Assembly (NCBI GenBank): GCA_965204345.1
Contig: OZ241981.1
Location: 896,001 to 960,000, forward strand
Length of the DNA stretch: 64,000 bases
Origin: Nitrosopumilus sp.
Lineage (GTDB): Archaea > Thermoproteota > Nitrososphaeria > Nitrososphaerales > Nitrosopumilaceae
Reading direction: 5' to 3'
The notes beneath the pieces are model-generated. The model made no database searches, had not been told where the DNA came from, and saw only the letters and a list, made by a program, of their open reading frames with translations. The position numbers and the translations under genes are program-made. This document shows, piece by piece, positions 40,624 through 50,858 of this stretch; position 1 is the first letter of the stretch; every line of letters begins with the position of its first letter.

Positions 40624-42903
40624 TTATTTATTTCTCAAGACATTAAGGGCTGATCCGGCCTTGAACCATTCAATCTGGGATTGGTTGTAAGAATGGCTCA
40701 ACAGGATTTCGTCTTTGCCAGAGTCAGCATGTGAAACTATGCATTTGACTTGTTTGCCTGGAGAGATTCCACCTAGATCAACTAGGCTAATTTTATCATC
40801 CTCAAGAATTTTTTCATAGTCATCAGGGTTGCTAAATGTCAAAGCTAGGATACCTTGTTTTTTCAAGTTTGTTTCGTGGATTCTAGCTAAACTTTTTGTA
40901 ATCACGGCAGCACAGCCCAAAAATCGCGGAGTCATAGCTGCATGTTCCCTGCTGCTTCCCTCACCGTAATTATCATCACCGATGATTGCCCATCTCATTT
41001 GGTTTTCCTTGTATTGTCTTGCAATTTTGGAAAAAGATTCAACATTATTGTTTAGAGTATTCTTACCATGACCCACTTGATCATTAAATGCATTGACTGC
41101 ACCCAAAAGCATGTTATCGCTTAGGTTATCCAAATGGCCACGTAGGGAAAGCCATGCACCTGCAGGCGAGATATGGTCTGTAGTACACTTGCCTTTGGCC
41201 TTTACCAGTACTGGAATGTTTTGGAAATCATTGCCGTCCCATTTTGAAAACGGTTCTAAGCGCTGCAGTCTTTTGCTGTCAGGATCAATAATGACTTTAA
41301 CGTCATCAGAATTCTCAGGGGGTGCGACAAAGATTCCTTCAGGTCGCATAAAACCTTCCCGAGGAACTTCTGGTGCAGGTTTAGGAGGTTCAAGCTTGAA
41401 CTTTGTTCCATCAGATGCGGTCAAATCATCAGTCAGTGGATTAAAAGAAAGCTTTCCCCCCAAAGCCAAAGCGATAATCATCTCAGGACTTCCAATGAAA
41501 TTTAGCGTGGAGCGCCTTCCATCATTTCGTCCTGGAAAGTTTCGGTTAAATGTCGTAACAATGGTATTTTGCTGATCATTTTCCAACTCAGGTCTGTTCC
41601 ACTGGCCAATACAAGGACCACACGCATTTGCCAAAACAGTGGCACCAATGTCTTTAAGCGAGTCCATCTGGCCATCCCTTTGAATGGTTCCGCGGATTTG
41701 TTCAGAACCGGGAGTAACCAACAAGGGAATTTTTGCCCTTATTCCCTTGGCTTTTGCTTGTTCGGCCAGGCTTGCCGCACGTGACATGTCCTCATAAGAT
41801 GAGTTCGTACAGCTGCCAATCAGTGCAACAGAGATTGGATCAGTGTAATCCTTGCTTTTTACATCCTCAGATAACTCTGTAATTGTTCTTGCCAAATCAG
41901 GAGTATGCGGACCGACAATATGCGGCTCTAGCGTTGAGAGATTAATTTCAATTACCCTATCAAAGAATTTTTCTGGGTTTGATTCGACTTCAGTGTCTGC
42001 AACAAGTGATTCTTTATTCTCATTTGCCAATTCGGCAATATCAGCCCTGTTAGTGTATTTGAGATAGGTCTCCATTCTTTTATCATATGGGAATACAGAA
42101 CATGTTGCACCAATTTCAGCACCCATGTTAGTGATAGTAGCCTTGCCTGTACAGCTGATAGACTTTGTTCCAGGCCCAAAGTATTCTACAATTGCATTTG
42201 TGCCTCCAGATACGGTTAGCTCATCGGCTACTTTCAATATGATGTCTTTAGGTGCAGTCCATCCGTTTAGTTCCCCAGTCAGTTTTACGCCGATTCGTTT
42301 GGGGTAAAGTAACTCCCAAGGCAGACCGGCCATTGTTTCAGCAGCATCCAATCCGCCAACACCAATGGCAACCATTCCAAGACCCCCGGCATTTGGAGTA
42401 TGAGAGTCAGTGCCAATCATCAGCCCCCCTGGAAACGCATAATTTTCAAGAACAACCTGGTGAATAATTCCAGCGCCAGGCTTCCAAAAACCGCATCCAT
42501 ATTTTGCAGATGCTGATTGTAAGAATTTGAAAACTTCGCTGTTTTCATCAAGTGAAACTTTCATGTCGATGTCACCTTGAACCTCAGCCCGAATTAGATG
42601 ATCACAGTGTACGGTTGTTGGTAATGATGTCTGCTTGAGTCCTGCTTGCATGAATTGTAGCATAACCATCTGTCCAGTTACATCCTGTAATGCAACCCTA
42701 TCAGGTTTTAAGAAGACATAGTCTTTTCCTCCGACAAAGACAGCATCATCATCAATATTGCTAAGATGTCCAGACAGTATTTTTTCAGTAAGCGTTAGTG
42801 GCCTGCCAACCATATTTCTGTATGTTGCAATATTTTGTTTTAATTTAGAGTAAACATCACAGACAAGTTCTGCAGTAGTATCTATATCCACAATATGCAG
42901 CAA
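40624..42903 (-). CDS. acnA: aconitate hydratase
   Basis: VHCDHL, GIIHQ, GTDSHT, IGSCTNSS, CGPCIG, TTDHIS, GSSREHA. Confidence 0.96.
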   Translation of the reverse strand: MLHIVDIDTTAELVCDVYSKLKQNIATYRNMVGRPLTLTEKILSGHLSNIDDDAVFVGGKDYVFLKPDRVALQDVTGQMVMLQFMQAGLKQTSLPTTVHCDHLIRAEVQGDIDMKVSLDENSEVFKFLQSASAKYGCGFWKPGAGIIHQVVLENYAFPGGLMIGTDSHTPNAGGLGMVAIGVGGLDAAETMAGLPWELLYPKRIGVKLTGELNGWTAPKDIILKVADELTVSGGTNAIVEYFGPGTKSISCTGKATITNMGAEIGATCSVFPYDKRMETYLKYTNRADIAELANENKESLVADTEVESNPEKFFDRVIEINLSTLEPHIVGPHTPDLARTITELSEDVKSKDYTDPISVALIGSCTNSSYEDMSRAASLAEQAKAKGIRAKIPLLVTPGSEQIRGTIQRDGQMDSLKDIGATVLANACGPCIGQWNRPELENDQQNTIVTTFNRNFPGRNDGRRSTLNFIGSPEMIIALALGGKLSFNPLTDDLTASDGTKFKLEPPKPAPEVPREGFMRPEGIFVAPPENSDDVKVIIDPDSKRLQRLEPFSKWDGNDFQNIPVLVKAKGKCTTDHISPAGAWLSLRGHLDNLSDNMLLGAVNAFNDQVGHGKNTLNNNVESFSKIARQYKENQMRWAIIGDDNYGEGSSREHAAMTPRFLGCAAVITKSLARIHETNLKKQGILALTFSNPDDYEKILEDDKISLVDLGGISPGKQVKCIVSHADSGKDEILLSHSYNQSQIEWFKAGSALNVLRNK

Positions 42904-43046
42904 ATCAATCCCGAATTTAATATTTACAATTAAAAAATCCAGAAAATGATTTTGACAGGCATGCTAATTCTTAACAATTATAAGCTAAAAGCAGCTTTTT
43001 AATACAGTGTCAGGTAGTAACAGATTTTTTAAGTGGAGGTGCAATT

Positions 43047-43679
43047 ATGGTCAATAAGGGATTTCCAAAATTTGGAATGTCTCAAGCAGGTGCGTTTGTT
43101 GCAGCCCTTAAAAATTATAATTTGCCGGATTTCATTTTGGTTTTGGTTGCAAAAGAATGCAAATCTGATCTTCTTGAAAGAGGAAGAATAGATGACAGAC
43201 TGCAGAGTATGAACGATGATGCCTTGGAATTATTGCACAAAGTTTTTGTTGGCTGCGAAGAGGATGCTGCAGGAAAATATGCACAATACAGATTCTTTGC
43301 ATATGTATCAAGCATGTATCACAAGTGTGAGGTCATAGTCAATGATACCATTCCGGGCGCATCAGAGAAGAATCACAAAATTCCAATAGCAGTAAAAAAT
43401 AACGGCATGTACATAGCAGTTGCATACAACAAGGCAACAGGAAATCCGGTAAACAAAAAAGAGACGGCCAGATTCTATCACATGGTTGATGATATCAAGA
43501 AAGGAGATCATGGAACCATGCTAACTGATGGAATTTATGGCTCCTCGGTAGGATTTAGGGGGGATGCGCTTGTAGAACTTGAGACGCTAAGCAAATCAAG
43601 AGATGATGATCCTGAAAACAAGTTGGATTTTAAAACCGCAAATTTTGAAAACAATATTTACTCAGTTACAAAGTGTTAG
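43047..43679 (+). CDS. hypothetical protein
   Basis: 210-aa ORF with upstream GGAGGTG SD-like motif. Confidence 0.75.
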   Translation: MVNKGFPKFGMSQAGAFVAALKNYNLPDFILVLVAKECKSDLLERGRIDDRLQSMNDDALELLHKVFVGCEEDAAGKYAQYRFFAYVSSMYHKCEVIVNDTIPGASEKNHKIPIAVKNNGMYIAVAYNKATGNPVNKKETARFYHMVDDIKKGDHGTMLTDGIYGSSVGFRGDALVELETLSKSRDDDPENKLDFKTANFENNIYSVTKC

Positions 43680-43693
43680 TAGCTGTAAAAAAA

Positions 43694-44266
43694 TTATTCC
43701 AAACTAAATTGTCTGGTATCCATTGTCAAAAACATGGGTTTGCCATCTGTCTTTTGAAAGTCCTCGCCATACTGCTCAAATTCCAACTGTTCAAAAAGAT
43801 GTTTGGTCCATACGTCATGTACTTCCTGAATGAATCTTTTATGTCCGCTGAGCCTCAACATCTCATGAAGTAGTTCATGAGAAACAGTAGTGCAGTTTTT
43901 TTCTGCAAGAAACAAGGTATCGTCATTAGACTCCTTGGGGGATTGCCACAGAATCATTCCAAAGTTTTCAGCATGGTATCCCTCGCAGGTGCAGTCAGTC
44001 CACCAGGGCCTAAAATGAGTCAGATAAAAATGGTAAATGTCTTTTCCCCTTTGCTGATGATCACGTACTAGTGTATGTGTGTCAAGACGCTGCAGAATGC
44101 TTCTTGGCGTAGTTATCATTTCGTCACATTGAATTTCATAGTCTTTGCCGAATTTTTCTTTCAGCCAAACCTGAAAAAATTTGCTCATTTTTTTGACATA
44201 CTCAAACTCAGATTGTCGTTTTTCGCGGTCTGCCTCAGGTACTACAAAGATAAAATGTAGAATCAT
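43694..44266 (-). CDS. zincin-like (HExxH) hypothetical protein
   Basis: VSHELLHEML. Confidence 0.7.
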   Translation of the reverse strand: MILHFIFVVPEADREKRQSEFEYVKKMSKFFQVWLKEKFGKDYEIQCDEMITTPRSILQRLDTHTLVRDHQQRGKDIYHFYLTHFRPWWTDCTCEGYHAENFGMILWQSPKESNDDTLFLAEKNCTTVSHELLHEMLRLSGHKRFIQEVHDVWTKHLFEQLEFEQYGEDFQKTDGKPMFLTMDTRQFSLE

Positions 44267-44284
44267 AATAAGAAAAAAGGGTGT

Positions 44285-44524
44285 TTATGTTTGACCTTCA
44301 ATACCCATCAAGGTTAGAGTTGAACGAATCTTTTCAATTTTTCTGATTTTCCAGGTAATTGTCTCTCTTAGTTTTTCAACAGTATCAGATTCGATCTTGG
44401 CCAAAATATCGTATGCGCCAAAAGTTCCATGAACTTCCTTAACACCTTCCAAGCCCTTTAGTTGCTGAATAATAGCTTCCTCAGAACCCAATTCACAGTT
44501 TATTAAAACATAAGCTGTTGCCAT
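44285..44524 (-). CDS. Lrp/AsnC ligand-binding (RAM) domain protein
   Basis: MATAYVLINCELG...HGTFGAYDILAKIE...STLTL; start taken at the internal ATG. Confidence 0.9.
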   Translation of the reverse strand: MATAYVLINCELGSEEAIIQQLKGLEGVKEVHGTFGAYDILAKIESDTVEKLRETITWKIRKIEKIRSTLTLMGIEGQT

Positions 44525-44561
44525 ACAGAATTTAGAAAAGTCGACTATATCAATAAACCGA

Positions 44562-44987
44562 TCACTGCTGGCTCTCAGACATCCCCAATATGGCATCCCA
44601 TATCGGCTTTGGGACAGGCATTACAGACAGTCGTGAAATGCGTACGAGTTCCCAGTCTTTGAATTTTTTCTCTTTTTTCATCTCATCAAGAGTCACAGGG
44701 CGTTTGAATGTTTTTTTGTACTTGACATCTACAACAATAAATCGCTTGACATCTTCTTTTGGGTTCGGATATGGTTTTGAGGTTACTTGCATGATTCCTA
44801 CGGCTTGTCTTTGATCACCGGTATGATAAAAAAAGACGAGATCCCCAGGCCTCATTTCTCTCATGTGCTTTAGTGCTAAATTATTATGGACCCCGTCCCA
44901 CACGGTTGTTTTGTCTTTCTTTAGCTGTTCAAAATTATAGCCCCTAGGACCACTAGGCTCTTGTTTTGCTAGCCAATAATTTACCAT
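44562..44987 (-). CDS. EVE domain protein
   Basis: YWLAKQEP, WDGVHN, GDLVFFYHT, SRLSVMPV. Confidence 0.93.
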   Translation of the reverse strand: MVNYWLAKQEPSGPRGYNFEQLKKDKTTVWDGVHNNLALKHMREMRPGDLVFFYHTGDQRQAVGIMQVTSKPYPNPKEDVKRFIVVDVKYKKTFKRPVTLDEMKKEKKFKDWELVRISRLSVMPVPKPIWDAILGMSESQQ

Positions 44988-45031
44988 TTCGTCTTTTGGT
45001 AGTATTATCCATGTTTAATGGTTTTTGGAAG

Positions 45032-45200
45032 AGATGTTCCCCGGTTCTGACTCGCACAAGATCATTGGTACATAGCCATACGCCTCCTCGCGTTCTCAAA
45101 CCGGGGTTTGCCCATAATGTAGCACACCTGGGTGAATTAGAAATCACTGGTATCATTACGATCGACTCATCCTAATCCGTCTGCATGCCTGCTCTTGGGC
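45032..45200 (-). ncRNA. putative two-hairpin H/ACA-like sRNA
   Basis: two stem-pocket-stem hairpins with GA/UGA K-turn-like caps, each followed by ACA. Confidence 0.55.
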
Positions 45201-45270
45201 GATTAGATATAGAATTGCTCCCACTAATAACCATTAAAGAAAAAATTATGAAGAATTGTTTGTGGGCAGG

Positions 45271-46938
45271 TTAATTTTTGTTTTTGAGAACGGATTCAGA
45301 TAGGGAGATCTCAAATCCCACTACAGGGACACGAATCTTATAATTCTCGATAATTTTTGAGTTAATTTTTCCAATAATTCCAACTGGAACGTTGTTTAGA
45401 ATGATTGATGCACAGTGACCGTCTTCAAACGTATGACTGGTGGCAGTTTTTGTTTCAATTTTAATTCCAAATCCAGCATTTAGTGCAGATTGGATTATCG
45501 ATTTTATTTCTGTAAAGTTTGCATCCTTGTGTGCACTGATACCAGAAAAATTAATTTTTTCAGATACAGGATTGCCATGTGTGAAAACAGTTCCGGTTTC
45601 ATACATTTTTTGGGGATAGGATTCATGAATGTTTCTGGAGAGATTTTTCAGCAATCCTGGAAGTATAGAATCGCGTAAGATGGTATGCTCTTGACTCTTT
45701 GAGTCAAGTACAGAGATAGCTTTTGCAGAATCCCTGTTAGTCATATCATATAATACATGTTTGCTAGTCAAACTAGAATTCAGTGCTTCTAAAAATCCCA
45801 GACCAATCATAGTTTGATCCAGTGATTTGAGCCTTAGTGAGATTGGATTTGTCTTGCCTATTGTTTGGGAAGGCGATACGACAGGTTCAAGATTTTCAAT
45901 TCCATATCCTAGGGCGACTTCTTCAACTAGGTCCATGGGTCCAAATATATCAAACCGGTATGCAGGAATCGTACAAAGAATGCTAGTTCCCTTGGAGGAT
46001 GCATCCAGCCTAGATTTTTTTAAGGATGAGGTTATTTTAGAGGATGTAAGATTTAACCCTAAGATTTTATTTACCAGTGAGGAAGACACAGTCATTTTTC
46101 TTGTAGACAGCTTTGGTGAGGCGTTTTTTGCACCTGTAATGCTTACAGTTTCCAAGATAAATCCCGCACTTTGTAAAATGGTTGCCACAACTGCAAGCAT
46201 ATCTTCTGCATCCTCTTTGTTGATGCCAGTGACTTCAACGAAGAGATTTTTTGTTTTTGTAGTAACTGTGGTAATGGCAGCGTTGATTATTGGGGGAAAG
46301 GACACCGTATTTTCGTTATTATCAAAAATCAAGGGTACTTGGGAAGATTCCCCAAGTAAGGAACCATAGTCTCTTCCGACATCAGTATCTGCAAGTATTT
46401 CTGAGATAGTCATTTCATGGTCAGAGTTTAGGGGAGTAAATCTGTAATTCCTCTTAGTTGTGGTGTAAACTAGCGGAAATGTGATTTTATCCAAGTCATG
46501 TATGCCAATTGAGGATTTTTTTCTTTTTCGCCCAATTCCAAAATGAAGATCCTCTTGCATGGTCATCAATTGCCTGATGGTATTATCATCAATTTTCCCA
46601 TTTTTTGCAACAATCCCAGTTACAAAAGGTCTAACCCTGGAGACAGTTGGTTTAACATTGATGTGATACTTGGCTGATTTTTTTACGTTGAGCTTGACAG
46701 TACCGGTTTTGATGCCAAACAATCCTTGCAGGCCTAATGCAATTCCAAAATCAGTCGAATAGTCAGGCCTGTTTGGACTGTATTCTATTCTAACCTGATC
46801 ATTATCTTCAGATTCTATATCCAGTCCAAGGAAAGGCAGGGAATCAGAAATCTGCTTTTTTGATACTCTGCCAACCAGTCTTTGGAGACGCTTGTAAGAC
46901 AGCTCAATTACCGGCATTTTGTAGTGCTCCTCAGCCAT
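45271..46938 (-). CDS. pheT: phenylalanine--tRNA ligase beta subunit (start probably MPVIEL)
   Basis: PNRPD, QEDLH..IGRKRKK, SFPPIIN, RFDI...DLVEEVA. Confidence 0.95.
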   Translation of the reverse strand: MAEEHYKMPVIELSYKRLQRLVGRVSKKQISDSLPFLGLDIESEDNDQVRIEYSPNRPDYSTDFGIALGLQGLFGIKTGTVKLNVKKSAKYHINVKPTVSRVRPFVTGIVAKNGKIDDNTIRQLMTMQEDLHFGIGRKRKKSSIGIHDLDKITFPLVYTTTKRNYRFTPLNSDHEMTISEILADTDVGRDYGSLLGESSQVPLIFDNNENTVSFPPIINAAITTVTTKTKNLFVEVTGINKEDAEDMLAVVATILQSAGFILETVSITGAKNASPKLSTRKMTVSSSLVNKILGLNLTSSKITSSLKKSRLDASSKGTSILCTIPAYRFDIFGPMDLVEEVALGYGIENLEPVVSPSQTIGKTNPISLRLKSLDQTMIGLGFLEALNSSLTSKHVLYDMTNRDSAKAISVLDSKSQEHTILRDSILPGLLKNLSRNIHESYPQKMYETGTVFTHGNPVSEKINFSGISAHKDANFTEIKSIIQSALNAGFGIKIETKTATSHTFEDGHCASIILNNVPVGIIGKINSKIIENYKIRVPVVGFEISLSESVLKNKN

Positions 46939-48305
46939 CCAAGATTATTATTGTAAAACTCTCTCACATCGTCTAGATCATGCTTTAGCATTGCAATTCT
47001 TTCAATGCCGCCACCCCAAGCCAAAACAGGCCGTGTAATTCCAAGCGGTTTTGTTACCTCTGGCCTGAAAATCCCCATTCCAAACAATTCAATCCATTTT
47101 CCTAATTTTTCATTGTAAACCATGGTCTGAAGGGAAGGTTCCGTGTATGGAAAAAACGTGGGCCAGAATTTTATTTTTGTAATTCCAATTCGCTTGTAAA
47201 ATTCCCGCTGAATGCCCATTAGATTTCTCAATGACGCATCCTTGCCAACAACGACGCCTTCGATTTGATTAAATTCAACTAGATGCTTGTAGCTTACCTT
47301 TTCGTTCCTAAACACGCGGCCCAAAGAGAAAATTCGTGCCTCATCAGGTTTGGTTTCAGCCAAATGCCTGATGGTGACACAAGTAGTGTGGGTTCTAAGG
47401 ACCATTTTTCTTGCTTCGTTTATGTCCCATTGGTATCTCCAATTCTTTTTGTGGGACTCAGATACTCTTTTAATTTGTTTGGCAGTTCCGATTTTTTTGG
47501 AATTTATTTTATCTAGGTAAAATGTATCTTGCAATTCTCTTGCAGGATGATCCTGCGGGGTAAACAGCGAATCAAAATTCCAAAAACTGGATTGAGTCAT
47601 GTTGCCAAGGATTTCAGAAAAACCAAGCGTAACAAAAATTTCACGGATTTCATCAATCGTGTCTTTAAGGGGATGGGTCCTTGCAACGAAAACCTCTGGA
47701 ACTTTGGCCTCAACATCAATACCTCCAACTGAATCTGAAATTTGGATTGATCTTGCAGCATCAGACAAGGAAATTTCTTTTGTTTTAATGATATCCTCAA
47801 TGATAAAATCAGGTCTTTTCAAAAGCATAGTCAGATCATCGCCATCGTCAATTTTATCCAGGGATATCTTTCCACTGCCAATTATCTTGAGAGTTTTTTC
47901 TCCTGGGAGTTCTGCAGGAGTATCTTTAATAGAAACTTCATCAGATGAGGCTTTAATCCAATTATTTTTTCTAGCCAAACCCATTGAAGGCCCAAATACA
48001 GGGCCCAATTCTTTTTGTAGCACGGACAATTTTTGGGAGCCATCTTTTAGTAAATCTAGCAGCCTTCTTTCAGGCAGCCCTTTCTCAAATGATTCAATAC
48101 CATTTTTGCCCAAGCTGATCACACTTGACTTTGATTCGGCAACAATTACTAGATCCTTTAACTTTAGCCATTCAATTCCTCGTCGTATCTGATCAGGAGA
48201 AAGCCGTGTTGATTTTTCTAATGTTTTGGGAGTTTGTTTTGGACTGTCTCTTAATGATGAGATAATTTTTTTTTCAATTTCATGAAAAACTTGCGACAAC
48301 AGCAA
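46908..48305 (-). CDS. pheS: phenylalanine--tRNA ligase alpha subunit
   Basis: HPARELQDTF, LRTHTT, VFRNE, FPYTEPS, GIFRPE. Confidence 0.96.
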   Translation of the reverse strand: MLLSQVFHEIEKKIISSLRDSPKQTPKTLEKSTRLSPDQIRRGIEWLKLKDLVIVAESKSSVISLGKNGIESFEKGLPERRLLDLLKDGSQKLSVLQKELGPVFGPSMGLARKNNWIKASSDEVSIKDTPAELPGEKTLKIIGSGKISLDKIDDGDDLTMLLKRPDFIIEDIIKTKEISLSDAARSIQISDSVGGIDVEAKVPEVFVARTHPLKDTIDEIREIFVTLGFSEILGNMTQSSFWNFDSLFTPQDHPARELQDTFYLDKINSKKIGTAKQIKRVSESHKKNWRYQWDINEARKMVLRTHTTCVTIRHLAETKPDEARIFSLGRVFRNEKVSYKHLVEFNQIEGVVVGKDASLRNLMGIQREFYKRIGITKIKFWPTFFPYTEPSLQTMVYNEKLGKWIELFGMGIFRPEVTKPLGITRPVLAWGGGIERIAMLKHDLDDVREFYNNNLGWLRSTTKCR

Positions 48306-48350
48306 AGAATCCGAAAAAGACTTTTTAAACCTTAACCTAAGTCAAGATGA

Positions 48351-49463
48351 ATGTCAGCTGATGACTTTATCGTGACCCCTTGGCATGTTGAGGGCGATAT
48401 AGACTATGATAAACTAACCAAGCAGTTTGGAACTGAAAAGATTTCTTCAGAGCTGCTAGAGAGAATCAAGGAAATTACAGGCGAGGATCATTTTATGCTC
48501 AGAAGAGGTATTTTTTTCTCTCATAGAGAGATGACTAGAATACTTGATGAGTATGAGAAAGGAAACAAATTCTTTCTATATACTGGCAGGGGTCCATCAG
48601 GGCATACCCATATTGGACATTTGGTGCCATGGATGTTTGCAAAGTGGTTACAAGAAAAATTTGATGTTAACATGTACTTTCAGCTTACAGATGATGAGAA
48701 ATTTTATTCAAAACCAGATCTTACCTTAGAGGAAACAGGGGAATTTGCATATGAAAATGCATTGGACCTTATTGCATTAGGATTTAACCCTGAAAAAACA
48801 AAGATAATTATCAATACTAGAAATATTCAGACGCTTTATCCGATTGCAGCCCAGGTGGCAAAAAAAATTAATTTTTCTAATACAAAAGCGACATTTGGTT
48901 TTACAAATGAAACAAACATTGGAATGATTTTTTATACGTCAATACAATCAGCCCCGTGTTTTATTGAAGACAAACCGGTGTTGATTCCATTAGGTGTTGA
49001 CCAAGATCCTCATTTTAGATTAACAAGGGACATTGCGCCAAAAATCGGAAAACAAAAGCCGGCTTTGATTCACAACATCATGATTCCTAGTCTGGAGGGA
49101 CCGGGAGGAAAAATGTCAGCATCGGATGAAAGGGGAACAATATACACAACGGATTCTCCAAGTGCAGTAAAAAAGAAAATTAACAAGTATGCTTTTTCAG
49201 GAGGACAGGCAGACGTTGAACAGCATAGAAAACTTGGTGGAAATCCAGATGTGGATGTATCATACCAGTATCTACGAATATTTTTTGAACCAGATGATGA
49301 TAAATTAAAAGCAATTTACCAAGACTACAAATCTGGAAAACTGCTGTCAGGAGAATTAAAGGCAATTTTAATTGAAAAAATTAATGAGTTTCTTGCAGTT
49401 CATCAAGAAAACAGAGAAAAGGCAAGAGGACGGATTGAACAATTTCTTTTTGAGAATAAATGA
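48351..49463 (+). CDS. trpS: tryptophan--tRNA ligase
   Basis: YTGRGPS..HIGH, DQDPHFR, KMSAS, AFSGG. Confidence 0.96.
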   Translation: MSADDFIVTPWHVEGDIDYDKLTKQFGTEKISSELLERIKEITGEDHFMLRRGIFFSHREMTRILDEYEKGNKFFLYTGRGPSGHTHIGHLVPWMFAKWLQEKFDVNMYFQLTDDEKFYSKPDLTLEETGEFAYENALDLIALGFNPEKTKIIINTRNIQTLYPIAAQVAKKINFSNTKATFGFTNETNIGMIFYTSIQSAPCFIEDKPVLIPLGVDQDPHFRLTRDIAPKIGKQKPALIHNIMIPSLEGPGGKMSASDERGTIYTTDSPSAVKKKINKYAFSGGQADVEQHRKLGGNPDVDVSYQYLRIFFEPDDDKLKAIYQDYKSGKLLSGELKAILIEKINEFLAVHQENREKARGRIEQFLFENK

Positions 49464-49741
49464 AAATTAACATAGCCTGTGATGACAAGTATGAAGCTCA
49501 AAAACTGGCCAGTCTTATTTTTGTAAAAGATGGGAAAGAGACATACATTACAGGCATCCTAAATGTCATTGAAAATGAATTGGTAATTTCATTAAAAGAC
49601 AAGTCTGCTCATAGCATATTGCTCAAAAATCACGAAGAGGTAGAGAGGTTTGCAGATTTTATACAATCGGTTTTAGACAAGGAGCACACGTTAATCTCAA
49701 CTAGAGTTATTGAGCAGATTGTAGAAATAATCAAAGAATAA
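49460..49741 (+). CDS. hypothetical protein
   Basis: 93-aa ORF overlapping the trpS stop. Confidence 0.75.
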   Translation: MKINIACDDKYEAQKLASLIFVKDGKETYITGILNVIENELVISLKDKSAHSILLKNHEEVERFADFIQSVLDKEHTLISTRVIEQIVEIIKE

Positions 49742-49743
49742 CT

Positions 49744-49827
49744 CTATAGGCCCAATACAGCATATGCAGTTACAATTCCAACAATAAGAATTAGAGAACC
49801 GCCTAGTGCTTTGAAATCACTATCCAT
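49744..49827 (-). CDS. putative 27-aa single-TM micro-protein
   Basis: MDSDFKALGGSLILIVGIVTAYAVLGL. Confidence 0.5.
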   Translation of the reverse strand: MDSDFKALGGSLILIVGIVTAYAVLGL

Positions 49828-49888
49828 GAATTTATTTCAAAATAGTTACAATTAAAGTGTTAACAAATCTGTAGAGATGATTCCATAG

Positions 49889-50791
49889 TTATCTGGGAAA
49901 ATATTTACTCTTTTTTGGTTTTGATCTTGATCTTTCTTCGGTTCTCTTGGCTACAGGTTCTCTAATTTGATTACAATTTAAGCAAAAAACCTTTAGTTCC
50001 TCCCGGGCAAGATCTGGTGATGAGATATATTTTCCCCAGAATGCAATAGCTTCACCACGGCCAGAATTATCAGAGGAAACATTTTGATATATAGGACTTA
50101 TTTCTAAAGCTCGTTCATCTTTAAAGCCACAGTTGGAGCAAACCTTTCCACCCAATATTTCATATAATTTTTCTTTAATGGTTTCAAAAAACTTGTCAGA
50201 ACCGCCTGAAAAGAAGCTTTTTTGTTTTCTTAGAAATTTGTCATTTCGAGATTTTTTAGATCTGGAATTGTCTCTGCTGGACTCTCGTTTAGAGGATGAT
50301 CGTGAATACCTATCGTCTCGTGAATACCTATCGTCTCGTGAATACCTATCGTCTTTGTTTCGTGAATACCTATTGTCTCGTGAATATCTATCGTCTCGTG
50401 AATATCTATCGTCTTTGTTTCGTGAATACCTATCGTCTCGTGAATACCTATCGTCTCGTGAATACCTATCGTCTTTGTTTCGTGAATACCTATCGTCTCG
50501 TGAATACCTATCGTCTTTGTTTCGTGAATACCTATCATTTCCTAAATCTTCTGGTTTGTTTTGTCTAAAACAATCACCGCAATAAACAGGTCTGTTAGTT
50601 CTTGGAATAAATGGAATGGTGCATTCAATGCCGCAATCAGAACAAGTTACAGTTGTAGATTCGTCCCTATCTCTAGATCGTCTGTCATTTCCAGAATTTC
50701 TAAAAGAACGATATGGTTTATTGTCTCGTCTGGAATTTCTTCCATCTGTTTTCCCATCTGAGTACTTTGATTTGTAGAATTTCATTGACAA
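49889..50791 (-). CDS. CxxC-x17-CxxC zinc-ribbon protein with RD/RS-rich repeat linker and second CxxC/CxxC domain
   Basis: CSDCG..CTIPF.P...RPVYCGDCF; (DDRYSR)n; CSNCG...CLNCN. Confidence 0.85.
   Translation of the reverse strand: MSMKFYKSKYSDGKTDGRNSRRDNKPYRSFRNSGNDRRSRDRDESTTVTCSDCGIECTIPFIPRTNRPVYCGDCFRQNKPEDLGNDRYSRNKDDRYSRDDRYSRNKDDRYSRDDRYSRDDRYSRNKDDRYSRDDRYSRDNRYSRNKDDRYSRDDRYSRDDRYSRSSSKRESSRDNSRSKKSRNDKFLRKQKSFFSGGSDKFFETIKEKLYEILGGKVCSNCGFKDERALEISPIYQNVSSDNSGRGEAIAFWGKYISSPDLAREELKVFCLNCNQIREPVAKRTEERSRSKPKKSKYFPR
50300..50536. repeat. coding tandem repeat of 18- and 24-bp units
   Basis: 12 units cgtgaatacctatcgtct(ttgttt) encoding DDRYSR(NK). Confidence 0.95.
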
Positions 50792-50858
50792 TAAATTTTA
50801 GATCTAGTGGATATAGATACTTAGAGCTTTGATTTATGCCTAGAATCAAAAAATCACA

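Noticed and set aside
44953-45175. 67-69 aa ORFs on both strands; also considered RNase P or SRP RNA
   Set aside because: No protein-like features, and RNase P and SRP signature motifs are absent; the region is better explained as an H/ACA-like RNA.
2152-48192. Many 60-200 aa antisense ORFs inside purA, purB, rtcB, pdxS, acnA and pheST
   Set aside because: They fully overlap well-supported genes on the opposite strand and are shadow ORFs.
50300-50536. Possible CRISPR array
   Set aside because: Units abut with no unique spacers, lengths are multiples of 3, it lies in frame within a CDS, and no cas genes are present.
50133-50585. Alternative-frame repeat ORFs (REYLSS, IGIHET, VNTYRL)
   Set aside because: Shadows of the stop-free tandem repeat.
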